Positions 29,825-43,784 of a stretch of 64,000 nt of DNA are shown here, in pieces. The notes beneath the pieces were generated by a model. The model was not told the origin of the DNA. It was given only the letters and a program-made list of their open reading frames with translations, and made no database searches. Both the position numbers and the translations under genes were made by a program. This stretch comes from Octopus vulgaris (Eukaryota), in assembly GCA_951406725.2 (NCBI GenBank), contig OX597838.1, positions 7,874,001 to 7,938,000 of the forward strand. The letters run 5' to 3'. How positions within the stretch are numbered: the stretch's first letter is position 1; each line of letters begins with the position of its first letter.

Positions 29825-30390
29825 ATGTACATACCCACAATGCATACAAACATTCACACGCACAAACATACATTCATAAATGCATACATGAATACATTTG
29901 AACATACATACGCACATACACACATACATACATTCATACACACATACATACATACATACATACATACATACATACATACATACATACATACATACATACA
30001 TACATACATACATACATACATACATACACTCTTTATGATTGAACAGTATATACCAGTTTGGAATTTATTCAAAAATCAATATTTATTCATTTATGCATAA
30101 TAAAAAAAAATGTACGCAAGATATTGATATTTATTCAAATCTTCGATATCTCAGTTCCTATACCTTGTAACAGTTGTTTGTCTAACAGCTATACCTGATT
30201 TACATGTTATAATAGTTATTTAGACGACTCTTCGATGCCTAGATTAACATCCTACGACAGATGGTTAAATTTTGTTATATTTTACCAATACAACAGTTAG
30301 TCACAAGTATTCAACCACAAGGTTATTTTTATCAGTTATTCGACGTATGTCGGGTGACAGATATCTTTGAACTATTACTTATATGTATTT

Positions 30391-30808
30391 CCGTATACGT
30401 CCGTGTACTGGATAGAATTTCAACCTCAAAAGTTCGGTCCAAAACCAGAGGTCGTCTGATATACCAAGTGTGTTAATCGAACCATAATACGCTTCGGTTT
30501 TGAATGCCACCAATGGCCATGGAGAACGCCATAAAACAATCGCATAGATCTTACGGTTCTACAGCTAAATATTTTCCACTGAAAGGAAACAGATATGTCT
30601 GGGAAGAAGATTTAATAGCAAGGTCCTATTAATATCAGAATATATTATGAACTTGGACCCTGCCTTAAGCACCTCTTAGCCGCTGCATCAAATGCGATAC
30701 AGCAAGTATAGTTCCTATGCAGCGAGTATAATTCAAATCATACATTTTAAAAATGAAATTCAGGAGTCGTCTTATACACCTAGACGGTTTATACATCAGC
30801 ATATACGG
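30391..30808. mobile_element. Degraded pogo/Tigger-like MITE
   Basis: Ends CCGTATA...TATACGG|TA with subterminal GTCGTCT(T/G)ATA motifs. Confidence 0.5.
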
Positions 30809-30944
30809 TAAATCCGTTTACTTTTAATTATCCTACTCTTCTCCTTATGTAAATCCTACAACAGTTATTTGGCTCATAAATATAACATATAACATATACG
30901 TATCCAATTTATATTTCATAGCATACTTATTCAAATGTTATATA

Positions 30945-31818
30945 CGAGGCATGATAAATAAGTTAACGATGCTAAAGCACACAGAGTGAAGCCACTAGGT
31001 ACAGGTTGACTTTGAACTATGCTGTGCAAGCACATTAATTGTTAATGTTCTAGCTTACTTCCACTGTTTATAGGAGTGCTTGGAAGGAAGGAGTGTAGCG
31101 TGTGTTTGTCGCATTGACCATGACAGGGGAAGTTGAGCAGAGAATGTGCATCAAATTTTTGTCAAAAGCTTGGCGATCCCTGCACAGAGGCATAGGCGAA
31201 GTTTTCAAAATGCTTCCATCGTTCTCGACACAATCAAGGAGATTTTGTGCAACTGAAACCCGAGTGTCTTCTTGGTCAGCTGAAAGACGTTTTGGCACAA
31301 ACTTGGCAGACACACGTCCCATATCCAATTCTTCACTGATACGGGACTGAACTGAACTGTAACAAATCTGCACATCCTCTGATAAATGGCGGATGGTGAT
31401 TCGACGATTTCCCCTCACAGCTGCACGCATATCTGCGATGTTTTTCTCCCTTCTGCTGGTTGCAGGCCTTCCAGAACGTTCATCACCATCGACATTTTTC
31501 GGCCATCTTGGAAACGTCTGAACCACTCGTACACTTCTTTGCGGCACATGCGCCTCACCATACACTTTCTTCAACTTTACGTAGGCCTCTGAGCAGGTAT
31601 CGCCATGAGAACTTTCTCTGTCATGGTCAATGCGACGATCACACGCTACACACTTCCCTTCCAAGCACTGCTGTAAACAGCGGAAGTGAGCTAGAATCTT
31701 AAAACTTAGTGCGCATGCACAGCAAAGTTCAAAGTCAATCTTTGTCAAGCAGCTTCACTCTGCATGCTTTAGCTTCGTTACTATGGCAACAGTCTGGTTA
31801 CTTATTGATCGGACCAAG
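30945..31818 (-). mobile_element. Mariner fold-back element made of two 5' ends, with a transposase N-terminal pseudogene
   Basis: ORF 31068-31748 contains DERSGRP, NRRITIR and VSAKFVPKRLS; the left arm independently encodes MTGEVEQRMCIKF on +; TA flanks; no DD34D domain. Confidence 0.88.
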
Positions 31819-31874
31819 TATATATAAATTAAATTTAACTTATCCGATATTTAATTATCTCGCATACATCTTAT

Positions 31875-32081
31875 CTCTTTACTCTTTTACTTGTTTCAGT
31901 AATTTTGACTGCGGCCATGCTGGAGCACCGCCTTTAGTCGAGCAAATCGGCCCCGGGACCTATTCTTTGTAAGCCCAGTACTTATTCTATCGGTCTCTTT
32001 TGCCGAACCGCTAAGTGACGGGAACGTAAACACGCCAGTATCGGTTGTCAAGCAATGCTAGAGGGACACAGACAAACATAT

Positions 32082-32154
<73 letters not shown>

Positions 32155-32306
32155 ACAGGCTTCTTTCAGTTTCCGTCTACCAAATCCACTCACAAGGCTT
32201 TGGTCGGCCCGAGGCTATAGCAGAAGACACTTGCCCAAGATGCCACGCAGTGGGACTGAACCCGGAACCATGTGGCTGGTTAGCAAGCTACTTACCACAC
32301 AGCCAC
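31875..32306 (-). mobile_element. SINE family B
   Basis: Colinear with 21260-21681; expanded internal (TA)n. Confidence 0.9.
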
Positions 32307-32435
32307 CGTTATTCAAATTATATCTAAAGAAACAGTTATCTGTTCAGCTGAAAAGTATGTGATTCATATGATTGCAGTTATTTATCCAAGTTTTGGATCC
32401 CTAACTTTTATCTTTTAACAGTTGTTCAACACATA

Positions 32436-32708
32436 CGCGGCCTCATCAATAAGTACCCGGATTGTTGTCAAAGTACGCAGTGTGGAACCGCTTGACACAG
32501 ATTGATCTTGAATCCTACTGTGCATGCACACGTTCTAATTTACTTCCGCTGTTTACAGCAGTGCTTGGAAGGAAGGTGAGCTAGAACGTTAAAACTTAAT
32601 GCGCATGCGCAGCAGAGTTTAAGGTCAATCTTTGCCAAGCGGCTTCACTCTGCGTGCTTTAACTTCGTTACTATGGCAACAGTCCGGATACTTATGGATT
32701 AGAATACG
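32436..32708. mobile_element. Short MITE derivative of the mariner at 30945-31818
   Basis: Right half matches 31685-31818 (CTTCGTTACTATGGCAACAGTC); left half is the inverted counterpart; TA flanks. Confidence 0.8.
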
Positions 32709-33409
32709 TATATCCTTAAAAAATAGCAGATATATTGCCTTTTATCATTTCATGGTCGATGAAATAAGTACCAGTCGAACACTGGGGTCGATGTTATCGA
32801 TTAACACCCCCAAAATTTCAGGCCTTGCTTTACTGTATAAAGATTCTTCTAAAACGGCCATTGCCACGACAAACAACACCTTATCGACTCCAACGTAGCT
32901 ATTTGCAAGAGCAACACTAACCGAAAAATAACAACATTAACATCCTCTGATGATAACTAAGCTTGATGTGCAGTTCCTGTTTCGGTTCTGAAGTGAAGGA
33001 ACAGGAAGAAAGAGGAGTTATTCAAAGCGTTATCTGGATAAAACGCTAGCGCCCCGAATAGGAACTCACTCACGGCGCTCGTCTACATATAACGTGACGT
33101 AGGCTGTTAGAAATAATGATGATGAAATCTTGCTTGTCTTGTTGTTTTCCTCACTTTTTCAATTTAAATATAGTGTTAAACTGTCGAGTTGTAAAGCTGA
33201 AAGAAATCCACTTCTTTTCATTCGTATTAATGGCATGCGTTACATTGTAACGTCGCCGCCATAGCCGCCATCTTGGGAAGTGAGTCAGAGACAGCGAAGG
33301 GGGGGGGAGACGAAAAAGAAAGAAAGAAAAGGAAGAGAAATTAGGCGAGCAGGAAAATATAGGGAACGTACTGGTAAATAGATAACACACTGCAAGGGTG
33401 TGTGGGTGT

Positions 33410-33760
33410 GTGTATGTGTGTGCGTGCATGTGTGTGTGTTTTGTATGTGTATGTGTGTGTGTGTGTTTTGTATGTGTGTGTGTGTGTGTGTTTTGTATGC
33501 GCGTGGGTGTGTGCATGTGTGTGCGTGCATGTGTGTGTGTTTTGTATGTGTGTGTGTATGTGTGGGTGTGTTTTGTATGTGTGTGCGTGCATGTGTGTGT
33601 GTTTTGTATGTGTGTGTGTGTGTTTTGTATGTGTGTGTGTGTTTTGTATGTGTGTGTGTGTGTGTGTTTTGTATGTGTATGTGCGTTTTGTATGTGTGTG
33701 CGTGCATGTGTGTGTGTTTTGTATGTGCGTGCGTTTTGTATGTGTGTGTGTGTGTGTGTG
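33410..33760. repeat. (TG)n punctuated by TTTTGTA, variable-length minisatellite
   Basis: Directly visible. Confidence 0.85.
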
Positions 33761-33976
33761 AGTGAATGAGAGGGAAAATGTGTGGATGTGTGTACTTGTG
33801 TGTATGTTCATATGTAAGACTGCGTGTGTCCTTATGCATTACTCTGCGTGTGTGTGTATGTGTGTGTGTGTGCGTAGGCAAAGAATTGGTAAACAGTTAC
33901 CTCTGGGTGTGTGCTTGGATGCATGCGTGTTCTGTGCGTCCCCGATTGCATGACTTTGCGCGTGTACATGTGTGTT

Positions 33977-34052
<76 letters not shown>

Positions 34053-34649
34053 TGTATGAGTGAATGTGTTTAATTTTAAGTGTGTCCCTATATATGGTTC
34101 TATGGTTCCGCGCGCGTGCAGGAGTGTGTGTGTGCCTGTGTTTGTGTGAGTAAATGCGTGCGAATGTGAGTGTGTGTCTGTATGTGCGTCCGTATGCATC
34201 GTACTGTATGCGACTATGCGTGTAAGTTTGTGCGAAGAACCAGTAAACAGATAATGGTGTGTGCGCGAATGCGCGTATGTACTTGTACGTGTGACCGTTT
34301 ATGGGGCCATCTGTGTGAGTGTGAGCTCGCACAAGTGTGTGTGTGTGTGTGTGTGTGTCTGTGAGAGAGAGAGACAGAGACAGAGAGAGAGTGTGTGTGT
34401 ATGTGAGAGAAAGAGAGAGATAGACAGATACAGAGAGAGAGTGTGTGTGTTTGTCTGTGAGAGAGAGAGACAGAGACAGAGAGAGTGTGTGTGTGTGTAT
34501 GTGAGAGAGAAAGAGACAGAGACAGAGACAGAGACGGAGAGAGAGCGCGTGTGTGTGCGTGTGTGTGTGTGTGTGTGTGTGCGTGTGTGGGCGTGTGCGT
34601 GTGTGTGTGTGCGTGTGTGTGTGCGTGTTCATGTGTGTGTGTGCGTATG

Positions 34650-34695
<46 letters not shown>

Positions 34696-35032
34696 TGCGT
34701 GTGTGCGTGTGTGTGTGCGTGTCGATACGTGTTTGCGTGTATACGGAGCTGGCTCGGCTACCGTCGATGAAAAGAATTGATAATCGCTCACAATCACGAC
34801 CAATCAATAGATTTAACTGTTGTACATCATCAGTATTCTCTCAGATGTTAAGTGGTGTTTTATGTTAAACTGGCAAAGCGCAGAGGCGAGAGTGGGGGGG
34901 GGCTGCATTCGGGGATCGCGTGAAGGCGGCGGCGGCGGTGTAAGACCGCGTGCGCGCGTGTGTGTGTGCGTGCGTGTGTGTGTATGAGATAGAATAGCAG
35001 TTTGGTAAAGGAGATGTTTTCTCTGTGTCTGT

Positions 35033-35071
<39 letters not shown>

Positions 35072-35325
35072 CCCATTCGTGTGTGTGCGTGTGTATAAAC
35101 GTATCTAAATCGATTGTGATAGAGTGAGAGCCATGGTCAATTGACCTCTCAAAACAAACCGATTTAACGTAAAGAACGGTCACATTGAGTTAAGCTAAGA
35201 TTCCATCAGATTGTGGTTTGACTGAGTGACCATTCTCGAACCGTTTTGTTTTTTTGGTTTTTTTTTACTTTTTTTTCATTTTGTCGTTATAATTTCTTCT
35301 CTATTATCTTGAGCTCGCTTTTAAA

Positions 35326-35723
35326 TCTTTAAATATAAAAGTGAAGTTGTGTGAGTGTCTGTCTCCTACGATTTAGATTCCTAACTACTCCCACATTTTG
35401 CGGTGCAGTTTAATCAAAACCGGGTATCTTATAGTTGTGATTCATATCGAGCCCTTCTGGGTATTAGCGCGCGTCTACGATGAGTCTACGATTTTAAAAA
35501 AAATTTATCATCGTTTTTCCCATTTTTAATGCATTTTTTTGCAATTATATAAAGGAAGTAACTCTCTAAAAATGTATTATTAAATCTCAGAACGTAAAAA
35601 GCTACAGTAACACCCCCCTTTGTGTTTAGCCATATTGAGATGGCTATTATACTTTACATCTCTAAAAATGCTTATATAATTATTTCCCTTACAAACCCGA
35701 GCAACGCCGGGCGATACTGCTAG
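35326..35723 (+). mobile_element. Non-autonomous Helitron
   Basis: A|TC 5' end, subterminal GC hairpin CCCGAGCAACGCCGGG, CTAG|T 3' end, no TSD. Confidence 0.8.
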
Positions 35724-35734
35724 TAATAAATAAA

Positions 35735-36212
35735 AGGCCTCGATCTTTGGCGAGAGGTTAGTGTAAACGATAAAGATCACCCCAGTGCGCCACTGGTACT
35801 TTATTTCATCAACCTTATTTCCCAAAGATGAGAAACAAAGATGTCCTCCCTGAGTTTGAAGTCAGATCGTCAAAGTCGTTAAATTCCGCTAGCCATTTTC
35901 CTCGGCAACCAACAGTTTCAGACCAGCCCCTTGTCTTTGAACTTGCTTTTCATAATCTTTTTCTACAAGAGACACAAGCATTGAAATCTTCAGGAAGAGT
36001 TCAGTCTATTACATCGATTCCAGTGTGCAACAGGTTCTATTAATAAATACGTCGATCCCGAAACAGTGAAAGGCAATGTCGACCTCGGCGGACTATGAAC
36101 TCGGAATGTAGAGACGGTCAAAATACCTATTTCTTTACTACCCACAAGGGGCTACACACAGAGGGAACAAACAGGGACAGACAAACGGATTAAGTCGATT
36201 ACATCGACCCCA
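35735..36212 (-). mobile_element. Cluster of SINE family C fragments
   Basis: Reverse complement of the 22113-22525 motifs (e.g. TTTCTTTACTACCCACAAGGGGCTA). Confidence 0.7.
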
Positions 36213-36224
36213 GTACCGGTGGTA

Positions 36225-36535
36225 ATCAGCAATTGCCACTGATCTCTGTCATCGATCATACCCAGAAGAGTTACACTGCTGACCCGTATCGTTCGGGATG
36301 TTTTCATAATCTTTTTTTTTTCCTTTACCTACCTCTACTTCACCCTCCTGTAGATGTGCACTGAAGAATGACCTTGGAGAAGGAATTGTGCCATTATATT
36401 TCTCTATATTAGGCAATCATTTGTTACTTCACAGCAGTAAGGAGTGATTGTAGCCGGCAAACATATCCGGTAAGTTTCTTCTTGACGATACGGTCTTTGA
36501 GGTTTGCTCAGTGTAGGATATGCTTAGTATTTGTG
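36225..36535 (-). mobile_element. Highly degraded RTE-clade LINE C-terminal fragment
   Basis: Minus strand ILSISYTE...SLLTAVK*...HNSFSKVILQCTSTGG*SRGR*RK...DDRDQW, with many stops. Confidence 0.6.
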
Positions 36536-36766
36536 CTTCAAAAGGGCCACAACACAGCAAAACTTACAAAAGCATTTGTAAAGGTTCCCCAACACAGTAT
36601 CAACACAATCGAAAACACTTTTAAAGATTTAAAAGATTTCATTATCACAGACGTCATTCACGAAGAAATATTTGAGGGAAAAATTCTCAGTATTTCTACA
36701 TCTGACGTTCCAAATAACATTCACAGAAGAATAAAGATATTATTCATCTGGGTGAGGTAGGATTTA

Positions 36767-37388
36767 CAGAGTGGCCCCAAAAGTAGGTTTACAGTTATTC
36801 AACTATCTCTTTCGCATTCATATACTCTTTTCTCTTTTACTTGTTTCAGTCATTTGACTGCGGCCATGCTGGAGCACCGCCTTTAGTCGAGCAAATCGAC
36901 CCCGGGACTTATTCTTTGTAAGCCCAGTACTTATTCTATCGGTCTCTTTTTGCCGAACCGCTAAGTGACGGGGACGTAAACACACCAGCATCGGTTGTCA
37001 AGCAATGCTAGGGGGACAAACACACACACATACACACACACACACACACATATATATACATATATACGACAGGCTTCTTTCAGTTTCCGTCTACCAAATC
37101 CACTCACAAGGCATTGGTCGGCCCGAGGCTTGCCCAAGATGCCACGCAGTGGGACTGAACCCGGAACCGTGTGGTTGGTAAGCAAGCTACTTACCACACA
37201 GCCACTAATGCGCATATGTTAACAATTTAGATCTTAATTTTAAAAGAAATATGAAGCCGTTATTTTATGTTAATTTAGCTAATTTTGTCAAGGTCCCTTT
37301 TCAGTTAGTAAGATAGAAATTTAAATGTAATAAAATATTTTAGAACAAATTTAAAGTACTTACGTAAACCTACTTTTGGGCCACCCTG
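36767..37388. mobile_element. Tc1/mariner-type MITE hosting a SINE B copy
   Basis: Terminal inverted repeats CAGAGTGGCCCCAAAAGTAGGTTTAC / GTAAACCTACTTTTGGGCCACCCTG; TA on the left. Confidence 0.75.
36823..37212 (-). mobile_element. SINE family B with a small internal deletion
   Basis: Near-identical to 21260-21681 but lacks ATAGCAGAAGACAC. Confidence 0.9.
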
Positions 37389-37414
37389 TGTATGGCATGT
37401 ATAAAGAAATGTGT

Positions 37415-37595
37415 CGAGGGAGCATGGCCTGATGGTTGCGATGTTGCGCTCAGAATCGCGAGAACCGGTTTCAATACCTGGACCGAGTGGGGCAAGTATT
37501 GTTCTTGAGCAAAACTCTTTATCTCACACTGCTCTGTAGTCAACACCTAGCGTGTGGCACACGGAGCACCTGTTCAGGTGACGTTGATTTGATAT
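37415..37595 (+). mobile_element. Diverged tRNA-derived SINE (family A-like head)
   Basis: TGGCCTGATGG...GTTTCAATACCTGGACCG...TGTTCTTGAGCAAAAC resembles 5724-5875. Confidence 0.55.
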
Positions 37596-37639
37596 GTATG
37601 GCACAAACATTTCGTAATTATAAACAAATCATTTTTTTT

Positions 37640-37888
37640 TTCTTGTTTCAAATATTTGACTACGGCCATGGTAGAGCACTGTCTTTAGTAGAAATAAATC
37701 GATCCCAGGACTTATTCTTTGTAAGCCTAATACTTATTCTATCGGTGTGTCATGCTGAAACGCTAAGTTACGGAGACGTAAACACACAAACATCGGTTGG
37801 CAAGCGATGGTCGGGAGACAAACACAGACACAAATACAAGCATACATACATACATATATATACATACATACATACATACATACATACA

Positions 37889-37924
<36 letters not shown>

Positions 37925-38085
37925 TATACGACGGGCTTCTTTCAGTTTCTAACAACCAAATCCACCCACAAGACTTTGGTAGGCCTGAGTCTATAGTAGA
38001 AAAACACTTGACGAAGGTGTAACGCAGTCGGATTGAACTCGGAACAATATGGTTGGGAAGCAAGCTTCTTACCACACAGCCACTG
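37640..38085 (-). mobile_element. SINE family B (older copy)
   Basis: Colinear but diverged. Confidence 0.82.
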
Positions 38086-38334
38086 CAGGACCGTCTTTCT
38101 CGGACTACGAGAGCCTACGGTATGTATAAAAAAATTATGATCATCACCAATGATGTTAATAGACAAACAGTGCGAAGTTGCTTCAACAGCGATAAGGCTT
38201 TTAGGATACAAATAGAGCAACGCAACCTGCATTAAGAAAGTAAGCACTTTAACCCTGAGTTAGAGAGAATCTTGCTTCCAGACCATAGAGGCGGTCGCAG
38301 TGGAACACCAAGATATCTTCCTTGCCACATTTTG

Positions 38335-38700
38335 TTCACAGCTTCTACTATGACCCCGGGGTCAACCGATGCCTCGTGACGGAATTAGGTAGACGGAAAC
38401 TGCGTGGAATCCCGTCGCATATGGATACATGTATATAATAACATGTATGTCTTTGCGTTTGCATTTGTGTCCCGTGTCCCTCATGAACTGTTTGGCGACA
38501 AGCGATGGTTTGTTTACGTCCCCGCAACTGAGCGGTTCGTTAAAATTAACCGACAGAATAAGTACCCCATTTAAAATATAAGGTAAAATAAAAGGCGATG
38601 GCGTCTATTTGTCCGACTGAAGATTACAAGAGCGCACCCTCCACCCACGCCCACCACTCAGTATGACTGCAGTTCAATGACTAAACAATGAGAAGACATA
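38335..38700 (+). mobile_element. Strongly diverged SINE family B copy
   Basis: GGTAGACGGAAACTG...GTTTACGTCCCCGCAACTGAGCGGTTCG...CAGTTCAATGACTAAACAA. Confidence 0.65.
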
Positions 38701-38771
38701 ACAGCCATCTCATCATCAAAGACGCTGTCGTGTATTCACTCAACACAATAATTATAGACGCCGCTAAATGA

Positions 38772-38824
<53 letters not shown>

Positions 38825-38878
38825 CGTGTATATATGTATATATAAACATACATATATATATAAATGTATATACATGTT

Positions 38879-38910
<32 letters not shown>

Positions 38911-39020
38911 TACATATTTACATATATGTATATATGTATGTATATAGATATATATGTGTGTGTGTAAGTATATATATATATATATAGTAATAGATATATA
39001 TATATATATACACATACATG

Positions 39021-39080
<60 letters not shown>

Positions 39081-39102
39081 ATGTATATACACACACACAC
39101 AG

Positions 39103-39133
<31 letters not shown>

Positions 39134-39578
39134 ATAAGAGAACATAGATAACACAGCCCTAATTACAGAGCAGCAGTAGACAACCTTATAAAAAAAAAAG
39201 CACAGAGATTCTCAAAGACAATGCACCAACATCACAAGAGAGAATTAAAAAAACAAAACACTACAGCATAAAACAATCACATAACAATACGCATATATGT
39301 ACACACACACCCACACACCCACACAGACACACACACATATGTACACATACAGAGAGAGAAAAGAGAGATACATAAATATATACACATACATGTATATATA
39401 TACATACACACACACACATATATATATACACACAAACAGATATATATATATATGTGTATATATACATATCTATATCTATATCTATCTATATATATATATA
39501 TACACATATATATATATATATATATATATCATACATATATATATACATATATATTTATATATGTACACTAGACACACG

Positions 39579-39616
<38 letters not shown>

Positions 39617-39638
39617 ACATATATATATATATATATAT

Positions 39639-39824
<186 letters not shown>

Positions 39825-39887
39825 ATGTATATATTATTTAAAAGTTTGATTCACTTCCGTGCTACTTCAATTTTCGCAACGCGCTCA

Positions 39888-39947
<60 letters not shown>

Positions 39948-40326
39948 ACACACACACACACTCACGCACACACATATGTTCGTATGTATGTATGTTTTTA
40001 CCAACGTATGTATGTATGGATGGATGCTTAACAGAGAAACAGAACGTTGCCAAAATCCTACGAACACAACGTAAGCTTCAAAACTAAGAATAAAAACAAA
40101 ACTGCTGTATATTCTTACTGACTATTAGTCATGTCTTCTGTTACTTGCTGCGGTAACTGGTCAGCGGTCACGCTGGAGCATCTCATTTGAAGTGTTAGAG
40201 TCATTCAAACTCACGTAAGCATTTATTTCTTTTTAAAGCAGGCGTCGCCAAACTTTTCCGACCATGAAGTCCTTTAGCCACTTCTCCTTCCGCATCGACC
40301 ACCCTCCTCATTGAAAATATCTTAAT

Positions 40327-40622
40327 TTTTTGCTCTTCAATATCCTCCCGAAGAACCTGAGAGACTTGCAATGGGGTGGATGCAGATGTCTTTAAAATAA
40401 AACTGGATCTCTTCTTGTCAGGCGTCCCAGACGAACCAACTTCACGACAGGAGGTGCAGATGAGGACAGCTGCATCGAACTCTCTCTCATGCACCAAATG
40501 GCAATTGCAAAAAAAATCATTCGTGAAGTAAAATCATGTAGCAACACCAAATGGCGGTGCTCCAGCATGGCCACAGCTCGTGAGCTGAAACTAGATAAAG
40601 ATAAGATAAAAAAAAATATATT
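40327..40622 (+). mobile_element. 5'-truncated CR1-group LINE 3' end with 13-bp TSD
   Basis: LFNILPKNLRDL/GVDADVFKIKLDLFLSGVPDEP...RTAASNSL; tail (GATAA)n; AAAATATCTTAAT at 40314-40326 and 40623-40635. Confidence 0.8.
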
Positions 40623-40724
40623 AAAATATCTTAATATATGGTACGGCCGTACCATATATTAAATGCGTACCGGGTACTGATGCAGGCAATTAAAATCTTA
40701 GCTAAAATATACACGTATATATAT

Positions 40725-40885
40725 ATATGACGGTCTTCTTTCAGATTCCGTCTACCAAATCCACTCACAAGGCTTAGCCCGATGCTATAGTAGAAGATAC
40801 TTGCCCAGGGTTCCACGCAGCGAGACTGAACCCGGAACTATGTGGTTCGGATGCATGCTTCTTACTACACAGCTTCGTCTGCGCC
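40725..40885 (-). mobile_element. 5' half of SINE family B
   Basis: CCGTCTACCAAATCCACTCACAAGGC...GACTGAACCCGGAAC. Confidence 0.8.
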
Positions 40886-40894
40886 TGTTTATAT

Positions 40895-40936
<42 letters not shown>

Positions 40937-41859
40937 ATGTGTATCAGTGTAGCCGTATGGGGAATGGTCGTTTTAAATGCGTTTGTATAACGCAGACGCT
41001 TATTTATCTCGCGATTGTTGCCAAGAACTCCCAGAACCAATTGCCTAGTTTCATTGAAGAAAAGCATTTAACATAATCAATTACGCAGAAAATACTGTGT
41101 ACTGTATGCCATTTCAGCAATCCCTGATGAAAAAGATATCAAGTATTGGGGTCTAGGTAATCGACTAATCACTTATGCCGCGTTTAGAAGGTTTTCAAGA
41201 GCATATATACTTTAAGTATGATACACAGAATGCCAATTTGAACTAATAGTGCTTTTGTCGCCAATAACATATATTGATATATGTACGCACACACAAACAT
41301 ACAAACATATGTACACATACGTATGCACATACGCCCGCACGTATACAGATTGTCTCTATATATATTTATTTTACAGATCGACTAGAATTCTTAGCTCACA
41401 GCTCACAGGCTTTCCTCAGCGCAGAAAGCTAAAATATGAATATGGCTAATTTTAGAAAGTTTACCAATAATCCGTCACCTTTTTAACACCACGATTTAAT
41501 GATAATACTATACATTAAGCCAAGGGGATATTTTCTGCTATTCTACCAGTGGTGGTGGTCATTTTGAACGCTAGTGTACATATTAATCGATATTTTGATT
41601 ACATACACAGGATGACAAGAAATGACATTTTTATGTTCCTTAATCGAGCCTAAATAAGATAATATTAGTTAAGAGGTGGCGGATATGATTTGCCGCCATA
41701 TTGAAGCCTAAAGCACTCTTGCAGAGAGAATGAAGTCGGTTTTATGGGCGGACATTAAACAGAATTTTATATGTTCTGATATGAATCGGAGTACGATAAG
41801 CTATTATAATAATAAAAATACATATATGAATGTACAAGTACGAGATGTAGGTGTATATA

Positions 41860-41895
<36 letters not shown>

Positions 41896-42715
41896 TGTAT
41901 GCATGTATGTATTTGTGTTTATATATATATATATATATATGGGTGGGGTTGTATGCATATGGTGATATATATATAAGTAATCGTAAAGTCAATAAATGAA
42001 ATAACAAACCATGTTATATACGTAGGTATGCGTATATGCGTGTTCGTGCGTGTGTGTGTAAGTATAAACGTATATATATGTGTGTGTGTATGTGTGTGTG
42101 TGTGTATGTATGTATATATATATATATACACATACATGTATACATATATACACACACACACATATATATATGTATATATACACATATATATAGCTATATG
42201 CATGTACGTATGTGCATATATAAATTCGATTATATATTTATATTTATATATATATGTATGCATATATGTAAGCACTTACACATGCGTATGTATATACACA
42301 CACATATCTATGCATGTATTAATATATACATACATATATATTATACAATATACATACGTACACACATCAGAAAAACCAGATATGGAGTGAGTGAATGCGG
42401 GAAGAATACGAGTGTGTATACGTAATTGTTTGTCTTGTTCACGCCTTTCTCTGCTTGTAACATTAAAGCATTCTTTACTCATCTGCCTCTATCACTCACT
42501 TCTCCGCCTCTCTCTCTCTCTCTCTCACTCATTCTCTCTATCCCTTTCACTCAATTTCTTTCTCTCTCTATCTCTCTCTCTCTCTCTCTCTCACTCTTTC
42601 ACTTTCCTCTTCTCTTATTCTCCCTCCGTTTTATCTAAATTGCATTCGTTGCTCACACATAAACGAGCATATTTATTTACAGTACATATACTTACAAGCC
42701 TACAATCCTACACGA

Positions 42716-42759
<44 letters not shown>

Positions 42760-42912
42760 ATCCGTCCATGCTCCCATTCATACATCCATCCATCCATAAA
42801 TACACACGTACATACATGCAATCAACCATATAAATATATATACATATACATGTATATATATATATATATATACATATATACATAGATACATATACATGTA
42901 TATATGTATATG

Positions 42913-42954
<42 letters not shown>

Positions 42955-43012
42955 AATACATATACATGTACATATGTATATGTATTTATATATATATACA
43001 TATATATATATG

Positions 43013-43183
<171 letters not shown>

Positions 43184-43637
43184 TCAAAAATCTGGTGTAT
43201 TGAAGATCCCTATCCGGCAAAGTAACCAATCGGTTTTGTACTGGTTAATATATGCGATTAGATAATCGCATATTAAATAACTGCGCAGTTAACGAACACT
43301 AGTTGGTCTTCAAGTATGGCAAGTATGGAAAATATATGGCGACTGTTCTCTATTATTGGAGGTGCAAATGTCGCATCCACTTTGTTGATAGTGTGAAAAA
43401 AAACAAAAACAGATGAGAGATTTAGCGATTGTTATATCCCTTAGCATCATATATACATATGTACGTGTGGTGTCCTGTACACACGTATATATATTTATAT
43501 ATGCATGTGTATATACATGTATATGTAGGTACGTACATATATGTTTGTATGTATGCATATATTTTATTTATTACACTATTGTATGACTGAGCGCCTTCGC
43601 GTCGATTCGATTCGATTCGTTTCTTCTTCTCTAAGCT

Positions 43638-43702
<65 letters not shown>

Positions 43703-43749
43703 ATATTGTTGTGTGTATGTATATATATATCCATATATACATACATACA

Positions 43750-43782
<33 letters not shown>

Positions 43783-43784
43783 GT

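Noticed and set aside
31068-31748. Functional or domesticated transposase gene
   Set aside because: The N-terminus is frameshifted or deleted, the catalytic domain is absent, and the ORF is a chimera of inverted arms.
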